A DNA stretch of 64,000 bases from Octopus sinensis (taxonomy: Eukaryota), in contig NC_042999.1 in the NCBI RefSeq assembly GCF_006345805.1, forward strand, positions 14,198,001 through 14,262,000, read 5' to 3'. Shown in pieces: positions 25,831-38,162 of the stretch. The notes under the pieces are model-generated. The model was not told the origin of the DNA and searched no databases. It saw only the letters and a list, made by a program, of their open reading frames with translations. The position numbers were made by a program, and so were the translations under genes. Within the stretch, counting starts at the first letter, position 1. Each line of letters begins with the position of its first letter.

Positions 25831-27152
25831 ACACGTGATGCATGATCATGTAGCACCAGGTGGATGTTTTGATTGATTGATTACATGAAATTTGACGATG
25901 ACGACGACGACGACGACGACAACGACAACGACAACGACTGTCATAACGATCTGAAATCGATCTAGAAGATTACTATCGTATCGATCACCATCGATTACTT
26001 TCTGATTACAACCTGAAAAATTGTTATTTAGATCCATAAAATAATAATTTACCGCTTTTGTGGAAATCAGTTGCATAATTAATGCAAAAGATGTTAATAA
26101 AATGTAACATAAGTTCAGCTGTAGATTATTGATGAGATTTATTACCAATCATTATCAGAAAAACGGGTAGTCAGTTTATCTAATTATCCCTGAACCGATG
26201 AAAAAGCCACTACATCAATAGTAAGAAACTTTCCAACAGTAAACGAGCTTATCCCTTTTGGAAATTTGAAATAGCTTGCTGACGAAGACCCGAAAAACCT
26301 ATATCAAAATAGTATGTTTAAGTCTCAATATTAAAACAGTAATTTTATATAAGTTGGTTAATAATAAAATTCAAGGATTATTACGTAGGTGTTGAAATAA
26401 CATCCTCATGTAAATAATATAAAAATATATGTATAAGACTCATGGAAACATATTCAAGGTCAGATATACACGACATACTTAGTCATTCAGACCTAGAAAT
26501 AAACTAAATACTTTCTTTTCTGAGCACAGATTCGCCTCTACGTTCTTATGCATTGGCAATTTACTGGTGATACTACAAAAGTTTTCCAACTGTTGCACTA
26601 TGTGGTCTCTCGACCTACTAGAAATATCAATCAGGTCTTATTCAATTTACTAAACATCACCATTTAAACAATTTGAAGCACCCGCGGAATAATGCAATAC
26701 TAAATATCGATATCCATAAAGAAAATGCAGGATTGTTACGGTTGAAATACCTTTGACCTGATCATATGTCTCCTAGATGTTGAGTGACGTCGGGTTAAAC
26801 ATCATCAATAGCCACAATAATCACTGCAATTCATTCATCTCGGTACGAAGCTTGGCTAATGCTGAGTTCTTAGAAAAAGCAATAACATCAGACGAGTCCC
26901 AAAGGCGATTGGAACAACGTAGACGATTGTAGAAATGACGTAAGTAAATTGAAAACATTCCGGTCTTCGTTGTTTTCATAACCAAGTGGCTAATACGCCG
27001 AACCAAACAACACACAGACACACACACACACACACACACACACATTGTTATACTTGGGGATGGTGATTTTTTTTGCTAATTAAACACACATACACAATTT
27101 ATTTGTTATTCACTTTAGTTTTTTCTTATTATTATCTTTAGTATATACGTCT

Positions 27153-27195
27153 GTCAAAGTTCTTTCGTCATACATTCTGTGACCTCATCAGTGAC
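27153..27195 (-). ncRNA. Minimal type-I hammerhead ribozyme, intact core
   Basis: GUCA-CUGAUGA-G-GUCA(CAGAAUGUA)UGAC-GAAA-G(AA)C-UU-UGAC: helix I 4 bp, helix II 4 bp, helix III AG/CU, triplet CUU. Confidence 0.65.
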
Positions 27196-27253
27196 TCACT
27201 GTCTCATGTGTCTCCGCTTCTCCTGCTTATTACATTTTGTTCTTCTGTGGTGT

Positions 27254-27306
<53 letters not shown>

Positions 27307-27376
27307 AGGCGTGGCTGTGTGGTAAGAAGCTTGCTTCCTAACCACATGGTTCCAGATTCAGTCCCCAGGGTGCAGA

Positions 27377-27411
<35 letters not shown>

Positions 27412-27562
27412 ATATGTGTGTGTGTGTGGTGTGTGTGGTGTGTGTGTGTGTGTGGTTCGTTGGTTAAGCTTACGTCGATTCCACCGCGGTGTTGTTTTGC
27501 ATTTATAATAAAATAAATATATACGAATTATAAAAATAGCAAAAAAAATACAGTACAGTACT

Positions 27563-27640
27563 GTCTCTACTTCGTGGATTTTCACCTATCGCGGAGATTT
27601 TGGAACGTAACACCCGCGATAGTCGAGGGATTACTGTATA
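27563..27640 (-). mobile_element. Tigger/pogo-like MITE end
   Basis: TA-CAGTAATCCCTCGACTATCGCGGG... terminus typical of Tigger-type elements. Confidence 0.5.
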
Positions 27641-27778
27641 TATATATAGACTTATATATATATAAAGACTTGTTTTATTTATATTTCCTGAGCGCCATAC
27701 TAATACAATTGTTTGTTTGTTTTCCACCTGCCTTCGTCTTTTGTCTATTTTCATAAAGCTTCCCGTTATATATATATA

Positions 27779-27810
<32 letters not shown>

Positions 27811-28349
27811 CGTGTGATCGACCAGATGTTGTCATACATCGCTGATCACAGTACGCTTCACATCATTTTAGCTTTCGAACGATGCCACTCCGCTGGCCAG
27901 GTGAGCAGGCCAACATTCTCCCTGATGAGAAGGCCATTCTGTCATAGGGTTGTTCATTTACAGCCGAGTGGACTGGAGCAACGTAAAATGAAATGCTTTG
28001 TTCGAGAGCACAACACGCCAATCGGTCCAGGAATCGCAATCACAATCTAGCGATCATGAGTTCGATACTCTGAACACTAAACCCCGCGCCTTCTCATATA
28101 TATATATATATATATATATCTTTTATCTTTTACTTTTTTCAGTCATCAGACTGCGGCCATGCTGGGGCGCCGCCTTGAAAAAGCTTTTGTCGTATTAATC
28201 GACATATTTCTTTAAAACGTGGTACTTCTGTATTGGTATCTTTGTACCGAACCGCTAGATTACGAGGACACAAACACACCAACACCGGTTGTCAAGTGGT
28301 AGTAGGGGAACAGACACAGACACAAAGACACCCCAATATATATGCCCGT

Positions 28350-28380
28350 ATATATTAAAAACTGAGAATGTGTGTGTGTA

Positions 28381-28414
<34 letters not shown>

Positions 28415-28620
28415 TGTCTCTCTATGTGTTCATCACTAAAACTCGAGAACTACCCAACCGATTTCATTCAAGTTTTGCACATGCATTACTTAGTGTCCAT
28501 GAAGTCTCATGGGCCAATTTCTTGCCTAATGCGAGCCTGGTGTAGTCTTTTAGACTGTTTCGGTATTACGTGTCAAAAGTGAAACAATAACATTTCTGTT
28601 GTAATGTTATATTATAGTGT
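28350..28620 (+). mobile_element. Probable 5' part of a Helitron/DINE-like element nested in a family A SINE
   Basis: ATATATTAAAAACTGAGAATGTGTG...(TG)n...AACCGATTTCATTCAAGTTTTG layout; no 3' CTAG end seen. Confidence 0.35.
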
Positions 28621-28728
28621 CACTTTTATTAATTTCAATAGTTTCACTTTTAATAGTTTCGTTTCTGTTTGTTTCACTATGCATATATATATAACTGTAT
28701 ATATGTGTGTGTGATTGTATATGTGTGT

Positions 28729-28794
<66 letters not shown>

Positions 28795-28851
28795 GAAATA
28801 TTAAAATAACTAAGTCTCTCTAAAAGAGAACAGCGGCAGTGTTCCCGGAAA

Positions 28852-29135
28852 ATAATAGTTATCGCCATACTAATATGGCATTCTTATAAAAATAAGAAAA
28901 AAGCTGTCCGCTTATTAGCTCCATGAGGCCATCGCCTTAAGTTAGCTATTTGATACACAAACTGTATCCATATAACCTTCGAACAAGGGAGGTCAGTCGC
29001 TCCACACTACTTGACCGGCAGCTACAGACGCGTTTCGGGGTATTGCCCCTTTTCAATGCAGCGTAGCCAGCCAGTAGGTGTCGCTTTTTTCTTATTTTTA
29101 TAAGAATGCCATATTAGTATGGCGATAACTATTAT
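28852..29135 (-). mobile_element. 284 bp element with perfect 53-bp terminal inverted repeats enclosing a hammerhead ribozyme
   Basis: 28852-28904 is the exact reverse complement of 29083-29135. (TA)n lies immediately right and ~60 bp left. Confidence 0.8.
29021..29062 (-). ncRNA. Minimal type-I hammerhead ribozyme, U3-A8 core variant
   Basis: GCUGCA-UUGAAAA-GGGG(CAAUA)CCCC-GAAACGC-GUC-UGUAGC: helix I 6 bp, helix II 4 GC pairs, palindromic ACGCGU helix III, GUC triplet. Confidence 0.8.
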
Positions 29136-29218
29136 ATATATATATATATACATGTATATATATATCTATATATGTGCGTGTGTGTGTGTGTATAGATATG
29201 TATATATCTATATATTTT

Positions 29219-29274
<56 letters not shown>

Positions 29275-29479
29275 CATAAGCAGCATGATATCCAGAGGTG
29301 ATGCAGTACGACCGTTTCAAGCGGCTCCATTTAATTGAACAATGCAATCATTACATCAATTTAAATGCAGGGCTATCCTCAGCTGCATAATTAAATAAAA
29401 AGAATTTTTTTCATCAGTCGAACACATTTGTAGTTATCATACCCCCATACCCAGTTTACACAGTTTGAGTAGAATAGTT

Positions 29480-30075
29480 AGTATGCTGTTATGTAGATAG
29501 ATGTATGTATGAGTGTGTGTGAGTGTATGTATATATATATGTATATGCACGTATATGTAAGCATATGGATATGATAGTATACAGATCAACATACAGACGG
29601 TTAGGTACATAGGTTATATGAATAGACAAGCACACATACACGCACATACATAAATGAAGACTGAAGCACATGACCATATATACACACACACTTTACTTCA
29701 CACAAGGACACATATGGAGACACACATCTATACCTACAAACACGGTACATAGTTGTAAAACAGACACAGACACACACACACACACACACACACACAGTCA
29801 GACATGCACTCACATGGAGACAGAAGTATACACACACATATACAAACACACACTCATACATACATAAAAAATAAACAAATACGGACGCGCAAACACATGA
29901 ATATGTAGAATACGTATAAATGTACACACATACATACATAAATGCATGCATACACATACATGCATACATACATACATACATACATACATACATACATACA
30001 TACATACATACATACATACATACATACATACATACATACATGCCTGTGTATGCACACACAGACACACTAACCCAC
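29480..30075. repeat. Compound CA/TACA microsatellite block
   Basis: Direct reading. Confidence 0.95.
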
Positions 30076-30646
30076 ACACATGCGCTCAAACAAACAAAGC
30101 AGTGTGAATAACGGACAGAGTTAAAACTATTGAAAAGGTTGCAAGAAGCAACGAAAATTTTAGAAAAATAAAGGAAATTAATGGAAATTTTACCGGCGAG
30201 AGTGTCAAATTATAAGGCACTAAAAGATAATGACTCTCCCCAGACACAACAGCACATTTATATAATTTTACTTAAATCCTCAAAGACGGTAAGAAGACAA
30301 AGTCCATGCTGTTGGCACTTCAGCTTCGAAGTTTCTAAGATATCAGGAAACAATCTGCTTGGGTCATTGCTTGTCACTGATTTCGGTTCAGTTTTAATTA
30401 ATTAGTCTTGTTTATCAAATCTTCGTATATAAAATCTAAGACTAGGGAAAAGTGTCTATTAGGAAAGGGTATGAGGGAGACGACAGAATCATTGTGGGTA
30501 TAGTTATAAAACTTGTCAAGGTTATCTTGAAGTAGTATAAAGTAGTATAAATTCTAGTTCGCCTACGCAACATTATAACAACATATTAACCCAGTACAGT
30601 ATCAACTGACCAGGAGGTCTGTATGTTTATTCGATATACATAATAT

Positions 30647-30991
30647 CTTTTCGGTTTGAACGGCAGTTTTTTCTAGCGGTGTCATATGAAATTGTCACCC
30701 ATAATTATGACCCTAGTATCGATCTATTGCATTTCAATCTATTTTAGGGTTAGGGTTAGGGGTGGGGAGAAGTGTATCTTCACAAATGTAAATAAACCCA
30801 ATCTGTTTCTTAAACGAGGGACATATTCATACGGCACAGAATGTTGTTTACCTCAATAAACGTCAGTGATTGGTTGAAATTGCAGAAATTAAAGAAAAAA
30901 ACTACAAATATCTTACAAACTATAGAATTTTCTCAATAAAGCCAAGAGAAAAAGATGTTTTATAAACACATTCTACCAGTATACGAAGTTT
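30647..30991 (+). mobile_element. Telomeric-repeat MITE, right end deleted (copy 1)
   Basis: Left TIR CTTTTCGGTTTGAACGGCAGTTTT present; the right TIR is removed by a deletion with TAA microhomology. Confidence 0.8.
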
Positions 30992-31135
30992 AATGAGGGC
31001 GTGTTGTACATAAAGACCAATGTATATAAACGCGTGATTTATAAGACAACATATGACTCTCCCATATACACAATACGTGTACGTTTGCTTATCTAAACGC
31101 GTAGAAAAGACTCTGTACATAAACAAATGTACATA

Positions 31136-31930
31136 TTAGGTTGTTCGGAAAATACTGTCTGATTTTTCGAATACGTTTTTTCAAATTCGATTTAAGATTT
31201 TATTTTCGTAGTGTTTTAGACGAAATTTTACTTGCTTAATAACTAATGTGTACTCTTTAATAAATGTTTATTGATTTCTTTCGAAATATAATTTTGAAGC
31301 GTACAAATTCTTAATTTCAAATATGAAAAAAAAGAAGAAAAACGTATTTATTATTATTTTTTTTTGCATGAATTCAAGCTTGGACATAATGCTTCCAAAA
31401 CAGCCGCCAATATTAATAGAGCGTGGGTATGAAGGGTCCACTAGTGATCAGACGGTAAGACGGTGGTTTGTGAGATTCCATAGTGAGGACGAAAGCCTTG
31501 AAGATCAAAAAGGTAGCATATGAATACAATATAGCTTTCTGGAACCTAACCAGAGCATTACATCGGAAGTTTACTGTAAGCAAATGGAAGAAATACATGT
31601 TCACTTAAGCACAATGAGACCTGCACTTGTTAATCGACGTGGTTCAATCCTGCTCCACGACAACGCTCAACTGTACGTTTCCAGGATGACACTGCAAAAG
31701 CTCACAGACTTGGGATACGAGACTTTACCACATTTTTCATATTCTCCCGATCCTTCATCTACCGACTACCACTTTTTCAAGCATCAAGAAGTCGAAACTG
31801 AATTCATGGATTTCTTGGCATCAAAACCTTTGGATTTGTATCGAAGAGGCATAAATGACTTTGTTAACCGATGGGAGAAATGCATAGCTGTTCAGAGATC
31901 ATAATTTGAATAATTAAGCCTTTGCATAAG
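31136..31930 (+). mobile_element. Internally deleted mariner remnant (repeated at 33555-34340 and 36369-37170)
   Basis: TATTAGGTTG end. HEFKLGHNASKTAANIN...TVRRWF fused to RPALVNRRGSILLHDNA...YSPDPSSTDYHFFKH...RWEKCI. Confidence 0.9.
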
Positions 31931-32840
31931 TTCAGTTTTTCAAGAATATCGGCTTATTTCAAAAAGTTCCTGGCTTTAAGAGTATTGCATAAGGCTTGCT
32001 CGGAGGCCTAACCTTCCGAGTTCTTTTACAGAGTTTAGAAGAACTGAAGGACTGCTGCAATAAACGTGTGAATATGAGAGGGGAGTATGTTGAATAAAAT
32101 CATTATTAACTGATTCTCCTGTATTTTCTTTTACCCAAACCCAGAAACTTTTTAACACCTATCGTATTAATTGAAAGTAGGAACACCATAGTTCGTTGCG
32201 TAACCATAATATACTACCCAGTATATATATACACACACACACACACACGCACGCACACACACACATGCGCACAAACAAACAAAAAGGAACGCGGTGTGAA
32301 TAATGGCCAGAGTTAAAACTATTGAAAAGGTTGCAAGACGCAACGAAAATTTTAGAAAAATAAAGAAGGAAATGAGTGGAAATTTTACCGGCGAGAGTGT
32401 CAAATTATAAGGCACTAAAAGATAATGACTCTCCCCAGGCACAACAGCACATTTGTATAATTTTACTTAAATCCTCCAAGAGGGTAAGAAGACAAAGTCC
32501 ATGCTGTTGTCACTTCAGCTTCGAAGTTTCTAAGATATCAGGAAACAATCTGTTGCGTCATAGCTTGTCACTGATTTTGGTTCAGTTTTAATTAATTAGT
32601 CTTGTTTATCAAATCTTTGTATATCAAATCTAAGACTAGGGAAAAGTGTCTGTTAGGAAAAGGCATGAGGGAGACGACAGAATCATTGTGGGTATAGTTA
32701 TAAAACTTGTCAAGGTTATCTTGAAGTAGTATAAAGTAGTATAAATTCTAGTTCGCCTACGCAACATTATAACAACATATCAACCCAGTACCGTATCAAC
32801 TCACCAGGCGGTCTATATGTTTATTCGATATACATAATAT

Positions 32841-33258
32841 CTTTTCGGTTTGAACGGCAGTTTTTTCTAGCGGCGTCATATGAAATTGTCACCCATAATT
32901 ATGACCCTAGAATCGATCTATTGCATTTCAATCTATTTTAGGGTTAGGGTTAGTTCGGGTTAGAGGTGGAGGGAAGGGTATCTTTTTTTCTTCACAAATT
33001 TAAATAAACCCAATCTGTTTCTTAAACGAGGGACATATTCATACGGCACAGAATGTTGTTTACCTCAATACACGTCAGTGATTGGTTGAAATTGCAGAAA
33101 TTGAAGCAAAAAACTACAAATATCTTACAAACTATAGAATTTTCTCAATAAAGCCAAGAGAAAAAGATGTTTTATAAACACATTCTACCAGTATATGAAG
33201 TTTAAAATTTTTTTAGTTACTAGAAATTATTTTAAAAACTGCCGTTCAAACCGAAAAG
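32841..33258 (+). mobile_element. MITE with ~25 bp TIRs and internal TTAGGG repeats (also 35658-36072)
   Basis: CTTTTCGGTTTGAACGGCAGTTTT...AAAACTGCCGTTCAAACCGAAAAG, AT on both sides, TTAGGGTTAGGGTTAG internally. Confidence 0.85.
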
Positions 33259-33311
33259 ATCCTCAAACACGGCTTAGGGACACGTACTACGTTGACATGT
33301 TTCTCTATTAC

Positions 33312-33560
33312 CTTTGAATATATTGAGTCGCCATGTTGTTTTCTGTTTGCAGTTTCACTTTCTACTGTTAGGTCAAGGTAACTGTGTGTATTGCGACGTT
33401 TAAATCGCAGTGTAATGAGGGCGTGTTGTACATAAAGACCAATGTATATAAACGCGTGATTTATAAGACAACATATGACTCTCCCATATACACAATACGT
33501 GTACGCTTGCTTATCTAAACGCGTAGAAATGAGGGACATAAACAAATGTACATATTAGGT
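33312..33560 (-). promoter_or_regulatory. Possible promoter plus first coding exon (also 36126-36370)
   Basis: CpG-retaining segment with two ACGCGT motifs, then AACATGGCG (YY1-like/ATG context) and ATGGCGACTCAATATATTCAAAG followed by GTAATA. Confidence 0.3.
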
Positions 33561-34348
33561 TGTTCGGAAAATACTGTCTGATTTTTCGAATACGTTTTTT
33601 CAAATTCGATTTAAGATGTTATTTTCGTAGTATTTTAGACGAATTTTTACTTGCTTAATAACTAATGTGTAACTCTTTAATAAATGTTTATTGATTTCTT
33701 TCGAAATATAATTTTGAAGCTTAGAAATTCTTAATTTCAAATATGAAAAAAAACGAAAAAAAATGCATTTATTTAATTTTTTTTACATGAATTCAAGCTT
33801 GGACATAATGCTTCCAAAACAGCCGCCAATATTAATAGAGCGTGGGTATGAAGGGTCCACTAGTGATCGGACAGTAAGACGGTGGTTTGAGAGATTCCGT
33901 AGTGAGGACGAGAGCCTCGAAGATCAAAAAGGTAGCATATGAATACAACATAGCTTTCTGGAACCTAACCAGAGCATTACATCGGAAGTTTACCGTAAGC
34001 AAATGGAAGAAATATATGTTCACTTGCGCACAATGAGACCTGCACTTGTTAATCGACGTGGTCCAATCCTGCTTCACGACAACGCTCAACTGAATGTTTC
34101 CAGGATGACACTGCAAAAGCTCACAGACCTGCGATACGAGACTTTACCACATTTTCCATATTCTCCCGATCCTTCGTCTACCGACTACCACTTTTTCAAG
34201 CATCAAGAGGTCGAAACTGAATACAAGGATTTCTTGGCATCAAAACCTTTGGATTTTTATCGAAGAGGCATAAAAGACTTTGATAACCGATGGGAGAAAT
34301 GCATAGCTGTTCAGAGATCATAATTTGAATAATTAAGCCTTTGCATAA

Positions 34349-34764
34349 CTCTTTTACTCTTTTTTTTACTCTTTTACTTGTTTCAGTCATTTCACTGCGG
34401 CCATGCTGGAGCACCGCCTTTAGTCGAGCAAATCGACCCCGGTACTTATTCTTTGTAAGCCCAGTACTTATTCTATCGGTCTCTTTTTGGCGAACCACTA
34501 AGTGACGGGGACGAAAACACCCCAGCATCGGTTGTCAAGCAATGCTAGGGGGACAAACACAGACATACAAACACACACACACATATATATATACATATAT
34601 ACGACAGACTTCTTTCAGTTTCCGTCTACCAAATCCACTCACAAGGCATTGGTCGGCCCGGGGCTATAGCAGAAGACACTTGCCCAAGATGCCATGCAGT
34701 GGGACTGAACCCGGAACCATGTGGTTAGTTAGCAAGCTACTTACCACCCAGCCACTCCTGCGCC
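34349..34764 (-). mobile_element. Young SINE family A copy, present only in repeat copy 2
   Basis: The empty site GCATAAGTTCAGTT is visible in copies 1 and 3. Confidence 0.92.
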
Positions 34765-35054
34765 TCAGTTTTTCAGGAATATCGGCTTATTTTAAAAAGT
34801 TCCTGGCTTTAAGAGTATTGCAAAAGGCTTGCTCGGAGGCATAAACTTCCGAGTTCTTTTACAGAGTTTAGAAGAACTGAAGGACTGCTGCAATAAGCGT
34901 GTGAATCTGAGAGGGGAGTATGTTGAATAAAATCATTATTAACTGATTCTCCTGTATTTTCTTTTACCCAAACCCAGGAACTTTTCAATACCTATCGTAT
35001 TAATTAAAAGTAGGGACACCATATTTCGTTGCGTAACTATAATATACTACCCAG

Positions 35055-35094
<40 letters not shown>

Positions 35095-37528
35095 CAAACA
35101 AAAAGGAACGCAGTGTGAATAACGGACAGAGTTAAAACTATTGAAAAAGGTTGCAAGAAGCAACGAACATTTTAGAAAAATAAAGGAAATTAGTGGAAAT
35201 TCTACCGGCGAGAGTGTCAAATTATAAGGCACTAAAAGATAATGACTCTCCCCAGACACAACAGCACATTTGTATAATTTTACTTAAATCCTCCAAGAGG
35301 GTAAGAAGACAAAGTCCATGCTGTTGTCACTTCAGCTTCGAAGTTTCTAAGATATCAGGAAACAATCTGTTGGGTCATAGCTTGTCACTGATTTCGGTTC
35401 AGATTTAATTAATTAGTCTTGTTTATCAAATCTTCGTATATAAAATCTAAGACTAGGGAATAGTGTCTGTTAGGAAAGGGCATGAGGGAGAAGACAGAAT
35501 CATAGTGGGTATAGTTATAAAACTTGTCAAGGTTATCTTGAAGTAGTATAAAGTAGTATAAATTCTAGTTCGCCCACGCAACATTATAACAACATATTAA
35601 CCCAGTACAGTATCAACTGACCAGGCAGCCTGAACGTTTATTCGATATACATAATATCTTTTCGGTTTGAACGGCAGTTTTTTCTAGCGGTGTCATATGA
35701 AATTGCTACCCATAATTATGACCCTAGTATCGATCTATTGCATTTCAATCTATTTTAGGGTTAGGTTTAGGGTTAGAGGTGGGGGGAACAGTATCTTTTT
35801 TTCTTCACAAATGTAAATAAACCCAATCTGTTTCTCAAACGAGGGACATATTCATACGGCACAGAATGTTGTTTACCTCAATAGACGTCAGTGATTGGTT
35901 GAAATTGCAGAAATTAAAGAAAAAAACTACAAATATCTTACAAACTATAGAATTTTCTCAATAAAGCCAAGAAAAAAAAGATGTTTTATAAATACATTCT
36001 ACCAGTATACGAAGTTCAAAATTTTTCAGTTACCTAGAAATTATTTTAAAAACTGCCGTTCAAACCGAAAAGATCCTCAAACACGGCTTAGGGACACGTA
36101 CTACGTTGACATGTTTCTCTATTACCTTTGAATATATTGAGTCGCCATGTTGTTTTCTGTTTGCAGTTTCACTTTCTACTGTTAGGTCAAGGTAACTGTG
36201 TGTATTGCGACGTTTAAATCGCAGTGTAATGAGGGCGTGTTGTACATAAAGACCAATGTATATAAACGCGTGATTTATAAGACAACATATGACTCTCCCA
36301 TATACACAATACGTGTACGTTTGCTTATCTAAACGCGTAGAAATGAGGGACATAAACAAATGTACATATTAGGTTGTTCGGAAAATACTGTCTGATTTTT
36401 CGAATACGTTTTTTCAAATTCGATTTAAGATTTTATTTTCGTAGTATTTTAGACGAAATTTTACTTGCTTAATAACTAATGTGTACTCTTTAATAAATGT
36501 TTATTGATTTCTTTCGAAATATAATTTTGAAGCGTAGAAATTCTTAATTTCAAATATGAAAAAAAAATTCTAAAATGCATTTATTTATTTTATTATTTTT
36601 TTTTGCATGAATTCAAGCTTGGACATAATGCTTCCAAAACAGCCGCTAATATTAATAGAGCGTGGGTACGAAGGGTCCACTAGTGATCGGACGGTAAGAC
36701 GGTGGTTTGAGAGATTCCGTAGTGAGGACGAGAGCCTCGAAGCTCAAAAAGGTAGCATATGAATACAACATAGCTTTCTGGAACCTAACCCGAGCATTAC
36801 ATCGGAAGTTTACTGTAAGCAAATGGAAGAAATACATGTTCACTTGAGCACAATGAGACCTGCACTTGTTAATCGACGTGGTTCAATCCTGCTTCACGAC
36901 AACGCTCAACTGAACGTTTCCAGGATGACACTGCAAAAGCTCACAGACTTGGGATACGAGACTTTACCACATTTTCCATATTCTCCCGATCCTTCATCTA
37001 CCGAACTACCACTTTTTCAAGCATCCAGAGGTGGAAACTGAATTCAAGGATTTCTTGGTAACAAAACCTTTGGATTTTTATCGAAGAGGCATAAAAGACT
37101 TTGTTAACCGATGGGAGAAATGCATAGCTGTTCAGAGTTCATAATTTGAATAATTAAGCCTTTGCATAAGTTCAGTTTTTCAGGAATATCGGCTTATTTT
37201 AAAAAGTTCCTGGCTTTAAGAGTATTGCAAAAGGCTTACTCGGAGGCATAAACTTCCGAGTTATTTTACAGAGTTTAGAAGAACTGAAGGACTGCTGCAA
37301 TAAACGTGTAAATCTGAGAGGGGAATATGTTGAACAAAATCATAATTAACTGATCCTCATGTATTTTCTTTTACCTAAAACCAGGAACTTTTCAACACCT
37401 GTCGTATTAATTGAAAGTAGGGACACCATATTTCGCTGTGTAACCATAATATACTACCCAGTATATATACACCCCCCACACACACATATATATATGTGTA
37501 TGTATATATATATATATATATATATACA

Positions 37529-37930
37529 GGCGCAGGAGTGGCTGTCTGGTAAGTAGCTTGCTAACCAATCACATGGTTCCGGGCTCATTCCCACTGCGAG
37601 GCACCTTGGGCAACTGTCTTCTACTATAGCCTCGGGCCGACCAAAGCCTTGTGACTGGATTTGGTAGACGTATATATGTATATATGTATATGGATACGTG
37701 TGTATATGTTTGTGTGTCTGTGCTTGTCCCCTCAACATCGCTTGACAACCGATGGTGGTATGTTTACGTCCCCGTAACTTAGCGGTTCGGCAAAAGAGAC
37801 CAATAGAATAAGTACTAGGTTTCCAAAGAATAAGTCCTGGGGTCGATTTACTCGACTAAACGGCGGTGCTCCAGCATGACCACAGTCAAATGACTGAAAC
37901 CAGTAAAAGAGTAAAAGAGAGTAAAGAGTA
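37529..37930 (+). mobile_element. SINE family A
   Basis: Full-length, starting GGCGCAGGAG. Confidence 0.9.
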
Positions 37931-37947
37931 TGCGCACACACACACAT

Positions 37948-38162
37948 GGGGGAGTGCTGAAAAGTTCCTGGCTTTAAGGGTATCGCGAAACAGCTGGTTG
38001 GAGGCCCAACTTTCCGAGTTTTTTTACAGGGCTTAGAAAAACTGGACCGCCGCAGTAAGTGCGTGAACCTTAGAGAGGAATTTGATGAATATAATCACAA
38101 CTAACTGATCCTACTGTGTTTTCTTTTACCCAAAGCCAGGAACTTTTCAACACCCCTTCGTA
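37948..38162 (+). mobile_element. Mariner-derived MITE (decayed relatives at ~31958-32162, 34785-34992, 37195-37402)
   Basis: TIRs GTGCTGAAAAGTTCCTGGCTTT / AAAGCCAGGAACTTTTCAACAC; the interior resembles the transposase C-terminus (GLEKL...KCVNLR). Confidence 0.8.

Larger units (their letters stand above)
30075..37480. repeat. Three tandem copies of a ~2.4 kb unit
   Basis: Landmark GTGTGAAT at 30102, 32294 and 35113, with the same ordered content. Copy 1 lacks ~230 bp; copy 2 has a ~416 bp SINE insertion. Confidence 0.95.
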
